From positions 96,001-160,000 of the IMG/VR virus record IMGVR_UViG_3300036985_006248: a DNA stretch of 64,000 nucleotides; one strand, 5' to 3'. Below, one piece after another: positions 1 to 8,718 of this stretch. Both the position numbers and the translations under genes were made by a program. The stretch's first letter is position 1. Each line of letters opens with the position of its first letter. Under the pieces are notes generated by a model. The model saw only the letters and a list, made by a program, of their open reading frames with translations, did not search any database and was not told where the DNA came from. The DNA comes from a virus.

Positions 1-549
1 ATCTTCATCGGTATGAATGGGACAATCATCTTTTTTACTTTTTGTCTTTGGAGCTTCAACATTGTCCAGACTGTCTAATGTTTCACCAGTATCTGGATCT
101 TTTATAACTTTAATGTCAGCAAGTTTGGCTAATCTCTTAGCCATTGCGCGAGCAGACAAACTAACTGAACCTCTGTCAGACATTATCCCTTCTGGGTAAA
201 ATGCAAACACTGCTCTGGCTAAATATTCGCCAAGCTTACTGCCTTTAAAACTGGGATTAAGACCCGCGTAGTTTCTTTCTGCTGCGCCCATGCACTCACA
301 TCCATGTCTAGCTTGCACTTCGCTATTTGAAATGATTCCAATATAAGATATAGCTATATTATTTTTCATTAAGTCTTCTTTGTCGAAGTCTGGATTGTCC
401 TTTGGGAGCGCACCACAAAATTCTATAAGCTTATTAGGATCAAACAAAACATGCTGTCCGTCAGACTTTAGCATAGCAAGAGAAGATTTATCTATTGATG
501 GTATAGATTGTTCTCTCAAAGACTTCTTTATTTTAACCTTGCATTTCAT
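1..549 (-). CDS. GNAT-fold acetyltransferase-like protein (runs off window edge; absent from ORF track)
   Basis: Manual translation MKCKVKIKKSLREQ...; ATG overlaps upstream TGA (ATGA); NPSFKGSKLGEYL resembles the acetyl-CoA binding motif A. Confidence 0.5.
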   Translation of the reverse strand, partial: MKCKVKIKKSLREQSIPSIDKSSLAMLKSDGQHVLFDPNKLIEFCGALPKDNPDFDKEDLMKNNIAISYIGIISNSEVQARHGCECMGAAERNYAGLNPSFKGSKLGEYLARAVFAFYPEGIMSDRGSVSLSARAMAKRLAKLADIKVIKDPDTGETLDSLDNVEAPKTKSKKDDCPIHTDED

Positions 550-1445
550 TTGTCTTTTTCCTGACCAACCATATGAATATTAAAAGATAACTTATCGGTA
601 AATTCTTCTGTATAATCTTCTGCCTTATCTTCTTGGTCTTCCCACATAATTAATTGCTTGACATTTGGAAGCTTGTCGATTATTCTATAGATTGTTTTTG
701 TTTTGTATTCTACAGTATCGCCACCGAATTCATTGAAATGGGTTTCGGCAAAGAATATATTCTTATCATTCAAAAGAGTATTTATCTTATCTTCAAATAT
801 ATTTCCAATTCTGCCTGTCATCATGACACAATAAATATTTGGATTAGAACATAGCTCTTGTGCTTTATATACCACTTCTAAATTCCAATCTGACTCTTTG
901 GCTTTATCTGGTATCGAATCAGGACTTAGATGAGAGTCAGTTCCAAGTCTTTTTGATGCCTCTGTACTTTTAAACAGTGTATCATCAAAGTCAAATACGG
1001 CAAGAGTCTTAACAATTGCGAGGTTACGTTTTTCTTTATCTTTTTGTTCTTTTACTGTATTGGGCTTTATGCGAGTTAAAAAAGAATTATACCAATCTTT
1101 TCTTAAGACCGGTATTGTTTTGCCTCTCTGTATTTTATCTTCTTCGGAGGGTTCTCTTGCCGCTTCTTCTTCAGGATGAGAGAAATCAAAGAACTGTTCT
1201 TGGCCTTCACCGTATGGAACAAAAAACTTTAACGGTCCTGTGCCCATCTGACTATCTTGAAATACCTCTTTATATCTTTCAAAAGCGAAGTCTAGGACAC
1301 CATGTGATACTATGTTGTTCTTTACACGTTCTGGCAAGCCATCAATAAACTTTTCGGGCAAGAAAGTGCTGTCAATCCATTGCATTTCTTTGAGAACTTT
1401 CTTTTCATTAAGGAAGCCCCTCCACTTTTTGAATATGTCTTGCAA
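546..1445 (-). CDS. HAD-superfamily phosphatase (Swiss-Army-knife RNA-repair-like HAD) with N-terminal extension
   Basis: Motif I FDFDDTLF, motif II MMTGR, motif IV MWEDQ. Confidence 0.65.
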   Translation of the reverse strand: MQDIFKKWRGFLNEKKVLKEMQWIDSTFLPEKFIDGLPERVKNNIVSHGVLDFAFERYKEVFQDSQMGTGPLKFFVPYGEGQEQFFDFSHPEEEAAREPSEEDKIQRGKTIPVLRKDWYNSFLTRIKPNTVKEQKDKEKRNLAIVKTLAVFDFDDTLFKSTEASKRLGTDSHLSPDSIPDKAKESDWNLEVVYKAQELCSNPNIYCVMMTGRIGNIFEDKINTLLNDKNIFFAETHFNEFGGDTVEYKTKTIYRIIDKLPNVKQLIMWEDQEDKAEDYTEEFTDKLSFNIHMVGQEKDK

Positions 1446-1457
1446 GATTAAGTCCTT

Positions 1458-1793
1458 TTATTTTTTACCTGTTACTTTATTATACTTTAAATAATCTGCA
1501 ACACTTCCTATCATTTCTGTTGCTACGGCAATCTTTTCTTCAACCCAAGGTTCAAGGTTTTCATTATCCTCTATAATGTTATGTAACATAGTTGCAGCCT
1601 CGGCCATCTTAAATAAATTACCTTTTGCCATTCTTCCTTCTTCTTCTGGTAGGCTCATAGAGTTACCCATTTGTTGCATAGGAAAAGGTGCATTAGGAGT
1701 GGCATTAGCCATATTGCTAACAGTCTGTTCATAGCTCATGTCATTTATACACTCTAAAACTAGATCACGTAAATATTTTTTAGTCACTTTCAT
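1458..1793 (-). CDS. Hypothetical protein with leader motif (putative head protein)
   Basis: N-terminus MKVTKKYLRDLVLE, shared with other ORFs. Confidence 0.55.
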   Translation of the reverse strand: MKVTKKYLRDLVLECINDMSYEQTVSNMANATPNAPFPMQQMGNSMSLPEEEGRMAKGNLFKMAEAATMLHNIIEDNENLEPWVEEKIAVATEMIGSVADYLKYNKVTGKK

Positions 1794-2341
1794 TTTACCT
1801 TTTCCTTATGTTCTTCCATGAGGGCACCAGCGGAAGGACCAATTGTTTCGCCGGGGGCAGCGGCGGCTCCACCGAGTTTTTTAGCAGCTTTTTTATAATA
1901 TCCACTAACCGTTTCTCCTTTTTTATGAGGAGGGTAGGGCTTAGAAAGAGATTTCTTTTTCTTCATTCTATCTTGCGGTTTCATTAATTTAGCTGCTTCG
2001 CGCTTTAATTTTAATTGTTTTCGTTGAGATTTTATTTTACGCATTACGCCTGCAATATCATCTACCATTTCTTCTGAATCTTCTAATTCTTTTTCAAATA
2101 GTTTTTGTATAGAGCCATTGATTGCTTGACTTTTTTGTTGTTCGCCTAATGCCCAGTTTCTATCCGTCTTGTTAGGCCATGGGCGCTCGGTGTTTTTAGC
2201 TCGGTTTTTAGCTCGGTGCTTCCAATATTTGCTTAATTTGGCTTCAATGAGCAAACCATTTTGTTCTTCAGTAATTTCTTTTTTTGTTTCATGATTCAAA
2301 TTCAACCATTCAATAAACTGTTCGTGATTATAATTATCCAT
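1790..2341 (-). CDS. Hypothetical basic protein
   Basis: ORF translationally coupled to neighbours. Confidence 0.55.
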   Translation of the reverse strand: MDNYNHEQFIEWLNLNHETKKEITEEQNGLLIEAKLSKYWKHRAKNRAKNTERPWPNKTDRNWALGEQQKSQAINGSIQKLFEKELEDSEEMVDDIAGVMRKIKSQRKQLKLKREAAKLMKPQDRMKKKKSLSKPYPPHKKGETVSGYYKKAAKKLGGAAAAPGETIGPSAGALMEEHKEKVK

Positions 2342-3456
2342 TATTTTTTACCGGTTGTTTTCTTCTTTGAAAATGCATTTCTGGAAAGTTGGGCTTTTTT
2401 AGCTTTCTCATAGCCTGCGCGAACATCTAATCCTCTTTCTTGTTGTAGCCGATTAATAATCTGTTGTGTTACACTTATAAGTGCGGTAACATCTGCAATC
2501 GCTGTATGCCAATCCTTATTATTAATGTTAAGTGCATTGGTAAGAGTGCCCATAGTAAATGAAATTTTGCCATATGACGACTTCAATTTACTCAATAGGT
2601 TTTCTTTATCGGCAACAATCAACAATGGATAAAAGAATTCGTAAACTAAGTCCAGTGTGTCAATGGTTTTATTATTTAGTTTCTCCAGACCATATTTTTC
2701 TGAGCGCACTGAAACATGTTTACGATCAAACTGAGCGTTGTGTGCCAACAATACTACTTCACCCTGCTTCTCAAGACCTTTTATATATTCTATAAAACCT
2801 TTTAAAGCCGAGGCTTCGTCAACCTTCTCCCCTTTACTGGTAAAGTATTGGGTCATTTGTAAAATTTCTTTGGGAGATTTGTCGCGGGCATTTTTTGGAG
2901 TATAAGGTTTTTCTAACCCCGCTTTAGTCTCAGGGGTTAGTTCTATTTTTTTATGGTATTGGCTTATTGTTTGTGCATTGCCACCTGAGAAATCAGGCTT
3001 AACGGCCATAGCAGCTATTTCGGTTAGCTGTCTGCTATGAGGGTCGATGCCAGTTGTCTCTGTATCAAAGAAAACCCAAATTTTATGGGAATGTATTTCC
3101 AACTGTTTCATCAATTCGCCCATCATTACAGCAGCCTTTTTTTCTTCTTCATGCAATTGCATATATTCATCTAGACTGGCTGCCTTTAATTTAATATAAT
3201 AATCCGGGTCATTGGTTAAATGGTCTTTCGCAATTTCTTTGCCTATTTGCTTATCAGGCGTGTGTTCGCCCGTTTCATCTTCAATCCCGGTAGCTAGTTG
3301 TTTTTGATCGAATGCAGAATCGGGGCGATTATCACCTGCTCCACCTTTAAGTTTCTCGCGTTCTTCCATAGGCGCTTCCATACGGTCGGGTTGCCCACGA
3401 TCCATTTGTCCACCCATATTTATGTCGCGTTCTTTTAACTTAAACTTAATCTTCAT
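2341..3456 (-). CDS. DUF5661-like domain fused to DEDDh (DnaQ-like) 3'-5' exonuclease
   Basis: GIEDETGEHT...IAKDHL...DYYIKL, then ExoI FFDTETTG, ExoII AHNAQFD, ExoIII WHTAIAD; start reassigned to ATG at 3456. Confidence 0.75.
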   Translation of the reverse strand: MKIKFKLKERDINMGGQMDRGQPDRMEAPMEEREKLKGGAGDNRPDSAFDQKQLATGIEDETGEHTPDKQIGKEIAKDHLTNDPDYYIKLKAASLDEYMQLHEEEKKAAVMMGELMKQLEIHSHKIWVFFDTETTGIDPHSRQLTEIAAMAVKPDFSGGNAQTISQYHKKIELTPETKAGLEKPYTPKNARDKSPKEILQMTQYFTSKGEKVDEASALKGFIEYIKGLEKQGEVVLLAHNAQFDRKHVSVRSEKYGLEKLNNKTIDTLDLVYEFFYPLLIVADKENLLSKLKSSYGKISFTMGTLTNALNINNKDWHTAIADVTALISVTQQIINRLQQERGLDVRAGYEKAKKAQLSRNAFSKKKTTGKK

Positions 3457-3461
3457 AATAC

Positions 3462-3470
3462 ATAAATAGT
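3462..3470 (-). promoter_or_regulatory. Putative late promoter motif ACTATTTAT
   Basis: Motif recurs upstream of structural genes. Confidence 0.55.
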
Positions 3471-3473
3471 ATA

Positions 3474-3510
3474 AAAACAAAAGAGGAGAAGGTATTTCTA
3501 CCTTCTCCTC
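3474..3510 (-). terminator. Rho-independent terminator
   Basis: 12-bp stem GAGGAGAAGGTA/TACCTTCTCCTC followed by T-rich tail on minus strand. Confidence 0.75.
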
Positions 3511-3559
3511 ACTAATCTAGCATACTTTTATTTACAGTTAAAATATATGGCAGACCATT

Positions 3560-3946
3560 TTAATTAAGTATCGTCGAGAAACCATATACCTTGTTTATAT
3601 ATTCTTTTGCATCTTCAAAATTATTAATCAAAGCAGACAAAAGTGCCAATTCTTCTTTAGTCAGCAACAGACCTTCAAGCTTATTTTTCTTTAAATATTC
3701 TGCAACCTTTTCATCAGGTTCGGTAATGAGCTTTTGAAGAAAATCCTTTAAGACTTTTGCATTAAGATATGCGTCCATATAATCTGGAGTTGGGGTATTG
3801 TGCCAAGTATCAGTATCATTTTTTTCTACCAATTCTTTAACAGTGGTAGAAAACATACGCATACTTCTGTCAGCATCAGTCATAAGGCTCCATGACCTTT
3901 TTAATGATAGAATATAATATTGGCCATCTGTTGTTTTTTTAGACAT
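3560..3946 (-). CDS. Hypothetical protein
   Basis: ORF in operon. Confidence 0.55.
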   Translation of the reverse strand: MSKKTTDGQYYILSLKRSWSLMTDADRSMRMFSTTVKELVEKNDTDTWHNTPTPDYMDAYLNAKVLKDFLQKLITEPDEKVAEYLKKNKLEGLLLTKEELALLSALINNFEDAKEYINKVYGFSTILN

Positions 3947-4515
3947 TAGTAATACTTCTCTCCTTCACCCCAGAAATATTCACATTTTCTGTCATCTGTG
4001 GTGAATAAAAATATTGCAACTTCATGGTCAAACTTGTTTATGAACTTCGCTTCTTCTCTAAAAAGCTTAAGTCTGCCATACTTTGGTGTAGCTTCCTTCT
4101 TGGCAAATTTCTTTTTTGGTTCAACGGCGTTTAAGTAATTCAAGCAATTCTGCAAGATTTGCGGATTAGTAAGCCCTAGTAGCCGATGCTTCTCAAAATC
4201 CGCCTTAAGATAAGAAATGATTACCCACCGATCATTTTTAAATTCATCTATCTTATACATAGAAGTAGAATAAATGCCAAGCTTCTTTTCGCCAGCTTGG
4301 TAATTTGTAATTTCATACTTAGGAATAGGCATGAATTCACATTCAATCATCGTGGTGTGGTCTACAACAATCGGTATCGGCAGCGGTTCAGGGGCAGCCT
4401 TTTCGGCAGCTACAGCAGGGGAATCAATACTAAATACGGTTCCCGTTGTATCTGCCTGTGGATTCTTTGGCGGTCTACCTAAACGCTTACCAGTCTTAGA
4501 AAATCTAGGAGCCAT
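3946..4515 (-). CDS. Hypothetical protein with AT-hook-like N-terminus
   Basis: KRLGRPPK near N-terminus. Confidence 0.5.
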   Translation of the reverse strand: MAPRFSKTGKRLGRPPKNPQADTTGTVFSIDSPAVAAEKAAPEPLPIPIVVDHTTMIECEFMPIPKYEITNYQAGEKKLGIYSTSMYKIDEFKNDRWVIISYLKADFEKHRLLGLTNPQILQNCLNYLNAVEPKKKFAKKEATPKYGRLKLFREEAKFINKFDHEVAIFLFTTDDRKCEYFWGEGEKYY

Positions 4516-4521
4516 ATTAGT

Positions 4522-4836
4522 TTATCCCTTCAAAGCCTTTCTTTTACCATCAAGCTCTTGACTAAACAGATTTGAAATATGTTCCAAATCTCCAATCACT
4601 ACAATATCTTGACCAATATTACCACGGGAAATTGAAATGCGGGTGAACTTCTGTTCTTTATTTAAAACTTCAGGCAATCTTCCATCCTTTAGATATGACG
4701 ACATTACTGCATCGTCTCTCATGAAAGCAATGAAATGCTTATTAATCACAACATCACGCATACTATAAAACTTTTGTCCTTCAACCTTGCCGTGGTGCAT
4801 AACCTCTTCATAAACTTCAATAAGTTTAAGAAACAT
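4522..4836 (-). CDS. Hypothetical small beta-rich protein
   Basis: ORF in operon. Confidence 0.55.
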   Translation of the reverse strand: MFLKLIEVYEEVMHHGKVEGQKFYSMRDVVINKHFIAFMRDDAVMSSYLKDGRLPEVLNKEQKFTRISISRGNIGQDIVVIGDLEHISNLFSQELDGKRKALKG

Positions 4837-5060
4837 TATCGCTTTCCTTTCGTGGTGATAAGCGTCATATCTTCTTTTTTAATTAAGTATTCGTTTTGCC
4901 CAATTGAAACAGAATAAAAATCTCCAAGCTGTTTTCTCATTATAAGTCCGACCGCCACATCGCTAACGGCTTTTTCTGGTATTGCATAGTCGGCAGCGGC
5001 TTCGTAGAGCATGACTCCCTTCGGAATATGTACTAAATCCCCTATTGCAAATGGATTATC
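4836..5060 (-). CDS. Hypothetical SH3/KOW-like protein (likely start MDNPF near 5063)
   Basis: FAIGDLVHI motif typical of small phage SH3-fold proteins. Confidence 0.45.
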   Translation of the reverse strand, partial: DNPFAIGDLVHIPKGVMLYEAAADYAIPEKAVSDVAVGLIMRKQLGDFYSVSIGQNEYLIKKEDMTLITTKGKR

Positions 5061-5358
5061 CATTTGACTGTTTATCATTATTTTGCTCCTGTTGTGTGCC
5101 CTGTTGATTCTTCTGGGCTTCGTACTTTGCATATCCGAGAAGTATAGTGTAACAGTCTTCATAGGTGAAGTCAACAGAGCTTAACCTTTTACGAATGTTG
5201 TCAATGACTTGAATCTTTCCAAGAATGTCGTCGCTGCTGGCACACTCTTTTGTCGTGTACAATAAGTCTTCTAATTCCATAGCAACATCATCTAGCAATC
5301 TATTAACTTCTCTAGGAATTTTTTCCATTGGTACGGTTAATGTTATTTTTGCGTTCAT
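5056..5358 (-). CDS. Hypothetical protein
   Basis: GGAG RBS before ATG at 5358. Confidence 0.55.
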   Translation of the reverse strand: MNAKITLTVPMEKIPREVNRLLDDVAMELEDLLYTTKECASSDDILGKIQVIDNIRKRLSSVDFTYEDCYTILLGYAKYEAQKNQQGTQQEQNNDKQSNG

Positions 5359-5371
5359 TGGTTCTTTCTCC

Positions 5372-5400
5372 AAAAAAAAGGAACGGAGTCAATCCGTTCC
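5372..5400 (-). terminator. Terminator hairpin directly downstream of a sigma70-like -10 (TATAGT 5404-5409)
   Basis: GGAACGGA/TCCGTTCC stem plus T8. Confidence 0.65.
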
Positions 5401-5431
5401 TTCACTATACCATGGCTTTGGTGTAGTTAAA

Positions 5432-5776
5432 CTATTTTATTAATAGATCCATTAACATATTTAGAACTACTGTTAAAGTCGCACCACCCAATAGCCACAA
5501 TACCCTTGTAAAGTTTGATTGTGTTTGCTTTATTAAAGCCATATCTTCTATAAGGTTAGCAGGTACAACTTGCTCTAATATAGTTAAACGTTTCTCTTGC
5601 TCTGATTTTGAAACATGTAGGTCTTCCACTCTCGCCTCTAGCTTCTCAATATTAATATTGACTTGTTCTAATTTGGTCACAAGTATTTTTGTGTTTATTC
5701 TTATTTCGTGTATGCTGTCCGACAATTCTCCTATTAACTCTTTTTGTTCCTTAAAATCCACCGGAAGTACCTCCAC
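5432..5776 (-). CDS. Coiled-coil protein with C-terminal TM helix (XhlA/holin-like)
   Basis: Heptad coiled coil then hydrophobic VLWLLGGATLTVVLNMLMDLL; late motif upstream (5809-5817). Confidence 0.45.
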   Translation of the reverse strand: MEVLPVDFKEQKELIGELSDSIHEIRINTKILVTKLEQVNINIEKLEARVEDLHVSKSEQEKRLTILEQVVPANLIEDMALIKQTQSNFTRVLWLLGGATLTVVLNMLMDLLIK

Positions 5777-5818
5777 ATGAAATAGCCAAATAAATTGGCT
5801 GTAATATAATAATTAGTT

Positions 5819-7399
5819 TTATATTTCGATAATAGCATGTGAGGTAGTCAGCAAGGTAGAAGCTGCACTAACTGCATTTTGTAAGGCACACCGCGTTACT
5901 TTGGCAGGGTCTATTATTCCTGCGTCTCCCATGTTAACATATTCTCCTGTTGCGAAGTTCATTCCTTCCCAGAAGCTTTCTGATTTTGTTGACAAATTGT
6001 GTATTATAACATCAGCTTTTAACCCACCATTTTCTGATAGTTTTCTGACTGGTTCTTCGCAAGCCTTCATAACAATTTCAATACCAAACTTCTCATCTTG
6101 GTTGCTTGCTTCCACGTCTTTGTCCAAGTCACGAGATAACTTCAGTAAAGCAGTTCCACCTCCCGGTAAGATACCCTCTATCTGGGCGCTCTTAACGGCT
6201 TCTAGGGCATCTTCAATACGATGCTTACGTTCTACCATATCTACCTCCGTTAATCCACCTACGCGAACTATGGCGATTCCAGAGGCTAATCTGCTGATAC
6301 GTTCCTGTATGCGTTCACACTCTCTTAAATCACTAGTGCTGGCAATCTCGGCTTTTAGGGCTTCAATACGCTTTTCTACTTCATCATAGTTGCCACCACC
6401 GCCGACAATTGTTGTCCACATCTTTAAACTGTCAATTGTTTTTACGGTTCCCAAGTGTTGACGCTTCACTTCACTAATAAGCATGCCACTTTCACGAGAA
6501 ACGAAAGTAGCGCCTGTTGCAAGAGCTAAGTCGTTAAGGATGTTTTTACGTTCCTCACCATATCGTGGAGCTTTTAAAGCAACAATCCGCATACTACCGC
6601 GTGTATTATTGAGTATGAGTGCCGCTAACAACTCTCCTTCAACCGGGTCACCAATTATAATAAACGGCTTATTCTCACGTTGGACTATCTCTAGTAACGG
6701 GAATATCTCTGTGATACTTGATAGGCTGTGGTCCGTAACTAATATAAGGGCGTTTTCATGTCTTACAGAGCCTCGCCGCTCATCATTGATAAACTCTCTT
6801 GAGATAAAACCACTGTCAAATTGAAAACCTTCAACAATATCTAATACAGTCTCAAGCGACTTGCCTTCTTCGATTGTTACAGCACCATCTTTACCAACCT
6901 TATCAACGGCTGTTGCTATAAGTTTGCCAATTTTATTATCACCATTTGCTGATATCGTTGCAATGTTTTCTACATCAGCAAGACTTGTTACCGGCTTGCT
7001 TACTAGTTTTATAGCTTCAACCAACTTTGCTGTGGCTTTTTCCATACCTCTTTTTAAGTCCGTTGGTGAAGCACCAGCAATAATATAACGCTGCGCTTGA
7101 TTGACTATTGCCCTTGCTAAGACAGTTGCCGTGGTGGTTCCGTCTCCAGCTTCAGTGGCTGTAACGGAAGAAGCCTGCTTTAATACTTGGGCTCCTGCAT
7201 TTTCGAACGGGTCATCAAATAATACTGCATTAGCTACCGTGATTCCATCCTTACTGATTACAGGGTTCTTGCCCTTGCTATGAATAATAACATTTCGTCC
7301 CTTGGGACCAAGTGTACAACTCACTGCATCAGCTAGCTTATTTACACCGGCTACAATCTTGGAATTTAGTGATTGTCCGTTATCATATACTTTCTTCAA
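5819..7399 (-). CDS. groEL: Chaperonin GroEL
   Basis: TLGPKGRNV, AGDGTTTATVLA, GIIDPAKVTRCALQNAVSAA. Confidence 0.95.
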   Translation of the reverse strand: MKKVYDNGQSLNSKIVAGVNKLADAVSCTLGPKGRNVIIHSKGKNPVISKDGITVANAVLFDDPFENAGAQVLKQASSVTATEAGDGTTTATVLARAIVNQAQRYIIAGASPTDLKRGMEKATAKLVEAIKLVSKPVTSLADVENIATISANGDNKIGKLIATAVDKVGKDGAVTIEEGKSLETVLDIVEGFQFDSGFISREFINDERRGSVRHENALILVTDHSLSSITEIFPLLEIVQRENKPFIIIGDPVEGELLAALILNNTRGSMRIVALKAPRYGEERKNILNDLALATGATFVSRESGMLISEVKRQHLGTVKTIDSLKMWTTIVGGGGNYDEVEKRIEALKAEIASTSDLRECERIQERISRLASGIAIVRVGGLTEVDMVERKHRIEDALEAVKSAQIEGILPGGGTALLKLSRDLDKDVEASNQDEKFGIEIVMKACEEPVRKLSENGGLKADVIIHNLSTKSESFWEGMNFATGEYVNMGDAGIIDPAKVTRCALQNAVSAASTLLTTSHAIIEI

Positions 7400-7470
7400 T
7401 TCTGTACCACACCTTTCTTATAAGCCTAAAGTTCTTTTAATTTGTTCTTCTAATGTAGACTGCGCGTGAA

Positions 7471-8718
7471 TTACCTAGTCTTTATTTTCAAATTCTGCTT
7501 GTCGCCGCTCAACATATTACTATGAAATTTAACACTGTGTATCGTTAGTGGGTCTAGCCCCGGTATATCTATTACTATATTACTATCTTCTTGTTTTACA
7601 AGATCGGTTTTGTTCATGCCACTGGCTTTAATCTTTTGTATGTCCGGTTTTCCGCCACCTTGAGCTTCTAACTTAACACCATCGCTTGTGCTTGTTAAGA
7701 CAAAGAAGCTATCATATCCTTCACGTTCTTCTTCGCCGCCCAATTGTGCCTCTTGAACCATGCTTACTAATTCTTTTAGTTTAAGTCGTCTTAAGTTGGT
7801 TGTCAAGATATCCCGTACTTTTTCATATACTTCGCTCATCGCTTCTTTATATAAGTCAGGATGGGTTTCTTTAGCTTTTTCCATCCATGCTGGCGGTTCA
7901 TAATCTTCTACGCCGGGATTATATTTGCGTGGTCCAACCTTGCTTGCAAATATTTGTCGGCCAACTATCCACCAAGGTTTACCACTTGGATTTTTTACAA
8001 GATTGTCGTCTGTTTCGTCCCCATAACCAAGATTTTTGTTATATGTAAATCTGACGCCACGACCTTCTTCGGTAACCAGTTTAATAGATAGGCCAACCTT
8101 TTTACCATCTTGAGTAGTTAATATTAAGTCTGCTTTATTGTTTGCGCTGCCAACGCTTTCTGCGTTAACTACCTGACCAATGTGTTTTTCAATTAGTTTC
8201 TTACCCTTTAATGCAACGTCTAAACTATCAGCAAAGTCGCCTTTTAATTTCTGCTTTACTTCTTCTTTGCTTGCCTCTGCTGGTAAATCAAGACGATTCT
8301 TTAGCTCGTCAGTTATCTTTCTGGTTAGCAAAAACTGCATAACGTGTTCTAATGCTAAACCTTCGCGTGAACCAATATCATATTTATAAACGACATAAAC
8401 ACGTCCAGAGCCATCGCTATATTCTGCTATAGTGCATTCAATGCTTGGATCGTATTTGGCAACTAGTTTGTCTTCAAGGGTCATTCCTTCACCCTTGAGT
8501 GCCGCCCTGACGCTTTTTCTAGTGGCATCTATATCTTCTTTGTCGTCTACACGAACAACAAGTGCCATATCACCTTTGTTTGAAGTTGTAACAGAGATAC
8601 CCTTAACGTCTGATAATAAGTCCTTGACGTGAGACATTAACTTTTCTTGATTGGCTAATTCTTCTTCTAGACCATGCTGTATTTGCTCTAGAAGATATTT
8701 AGTAAATTTATTTTTCAC
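7471..8718 (-). CDS. Putative PD-(D/E)XK restriction-endonuclease-like protein
   Basis: NNKADLIL...GLSIKL matches the D...(S/E)xK pattern. Confidence 0.45.
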   Translation of the reverse strand: MKNKFTKYLLEQIQHGLEEELANQEKLMSHVKDLLSDVKGISVTTSNKGDMALVVRVDDKEDIDATRKSVRAALKGEGMTLEDKLVAKYDPSIECTIAEYSDGSGRVYVVYKYDIGSREGLALEHVMQFLLTRKITDELKNRLDLPAEASKEEVKQKLKGDFADSLDVALKGKKLIEKHIGQVVNAESVGSANNKADLILTTQDGKKVGLSIKLVTEEGRGVRFTYNKNLGYGDETDDNLVKNPSGKPWWIVGRQIFASKVGPRKYNPGVEDYEPPAWMEKAKETHPDLYKEAMSEVYEKVRDILTTNLRRLKLKELVSMVQEAQLGGEEEREGYDSFFVLTSTSDGVKLEAQGGGKPDIQKIKASGMNKTDLVKQEDSNIVIDIPGLDPLTIHSVKFHSNMLSGDKQNLKIKTR

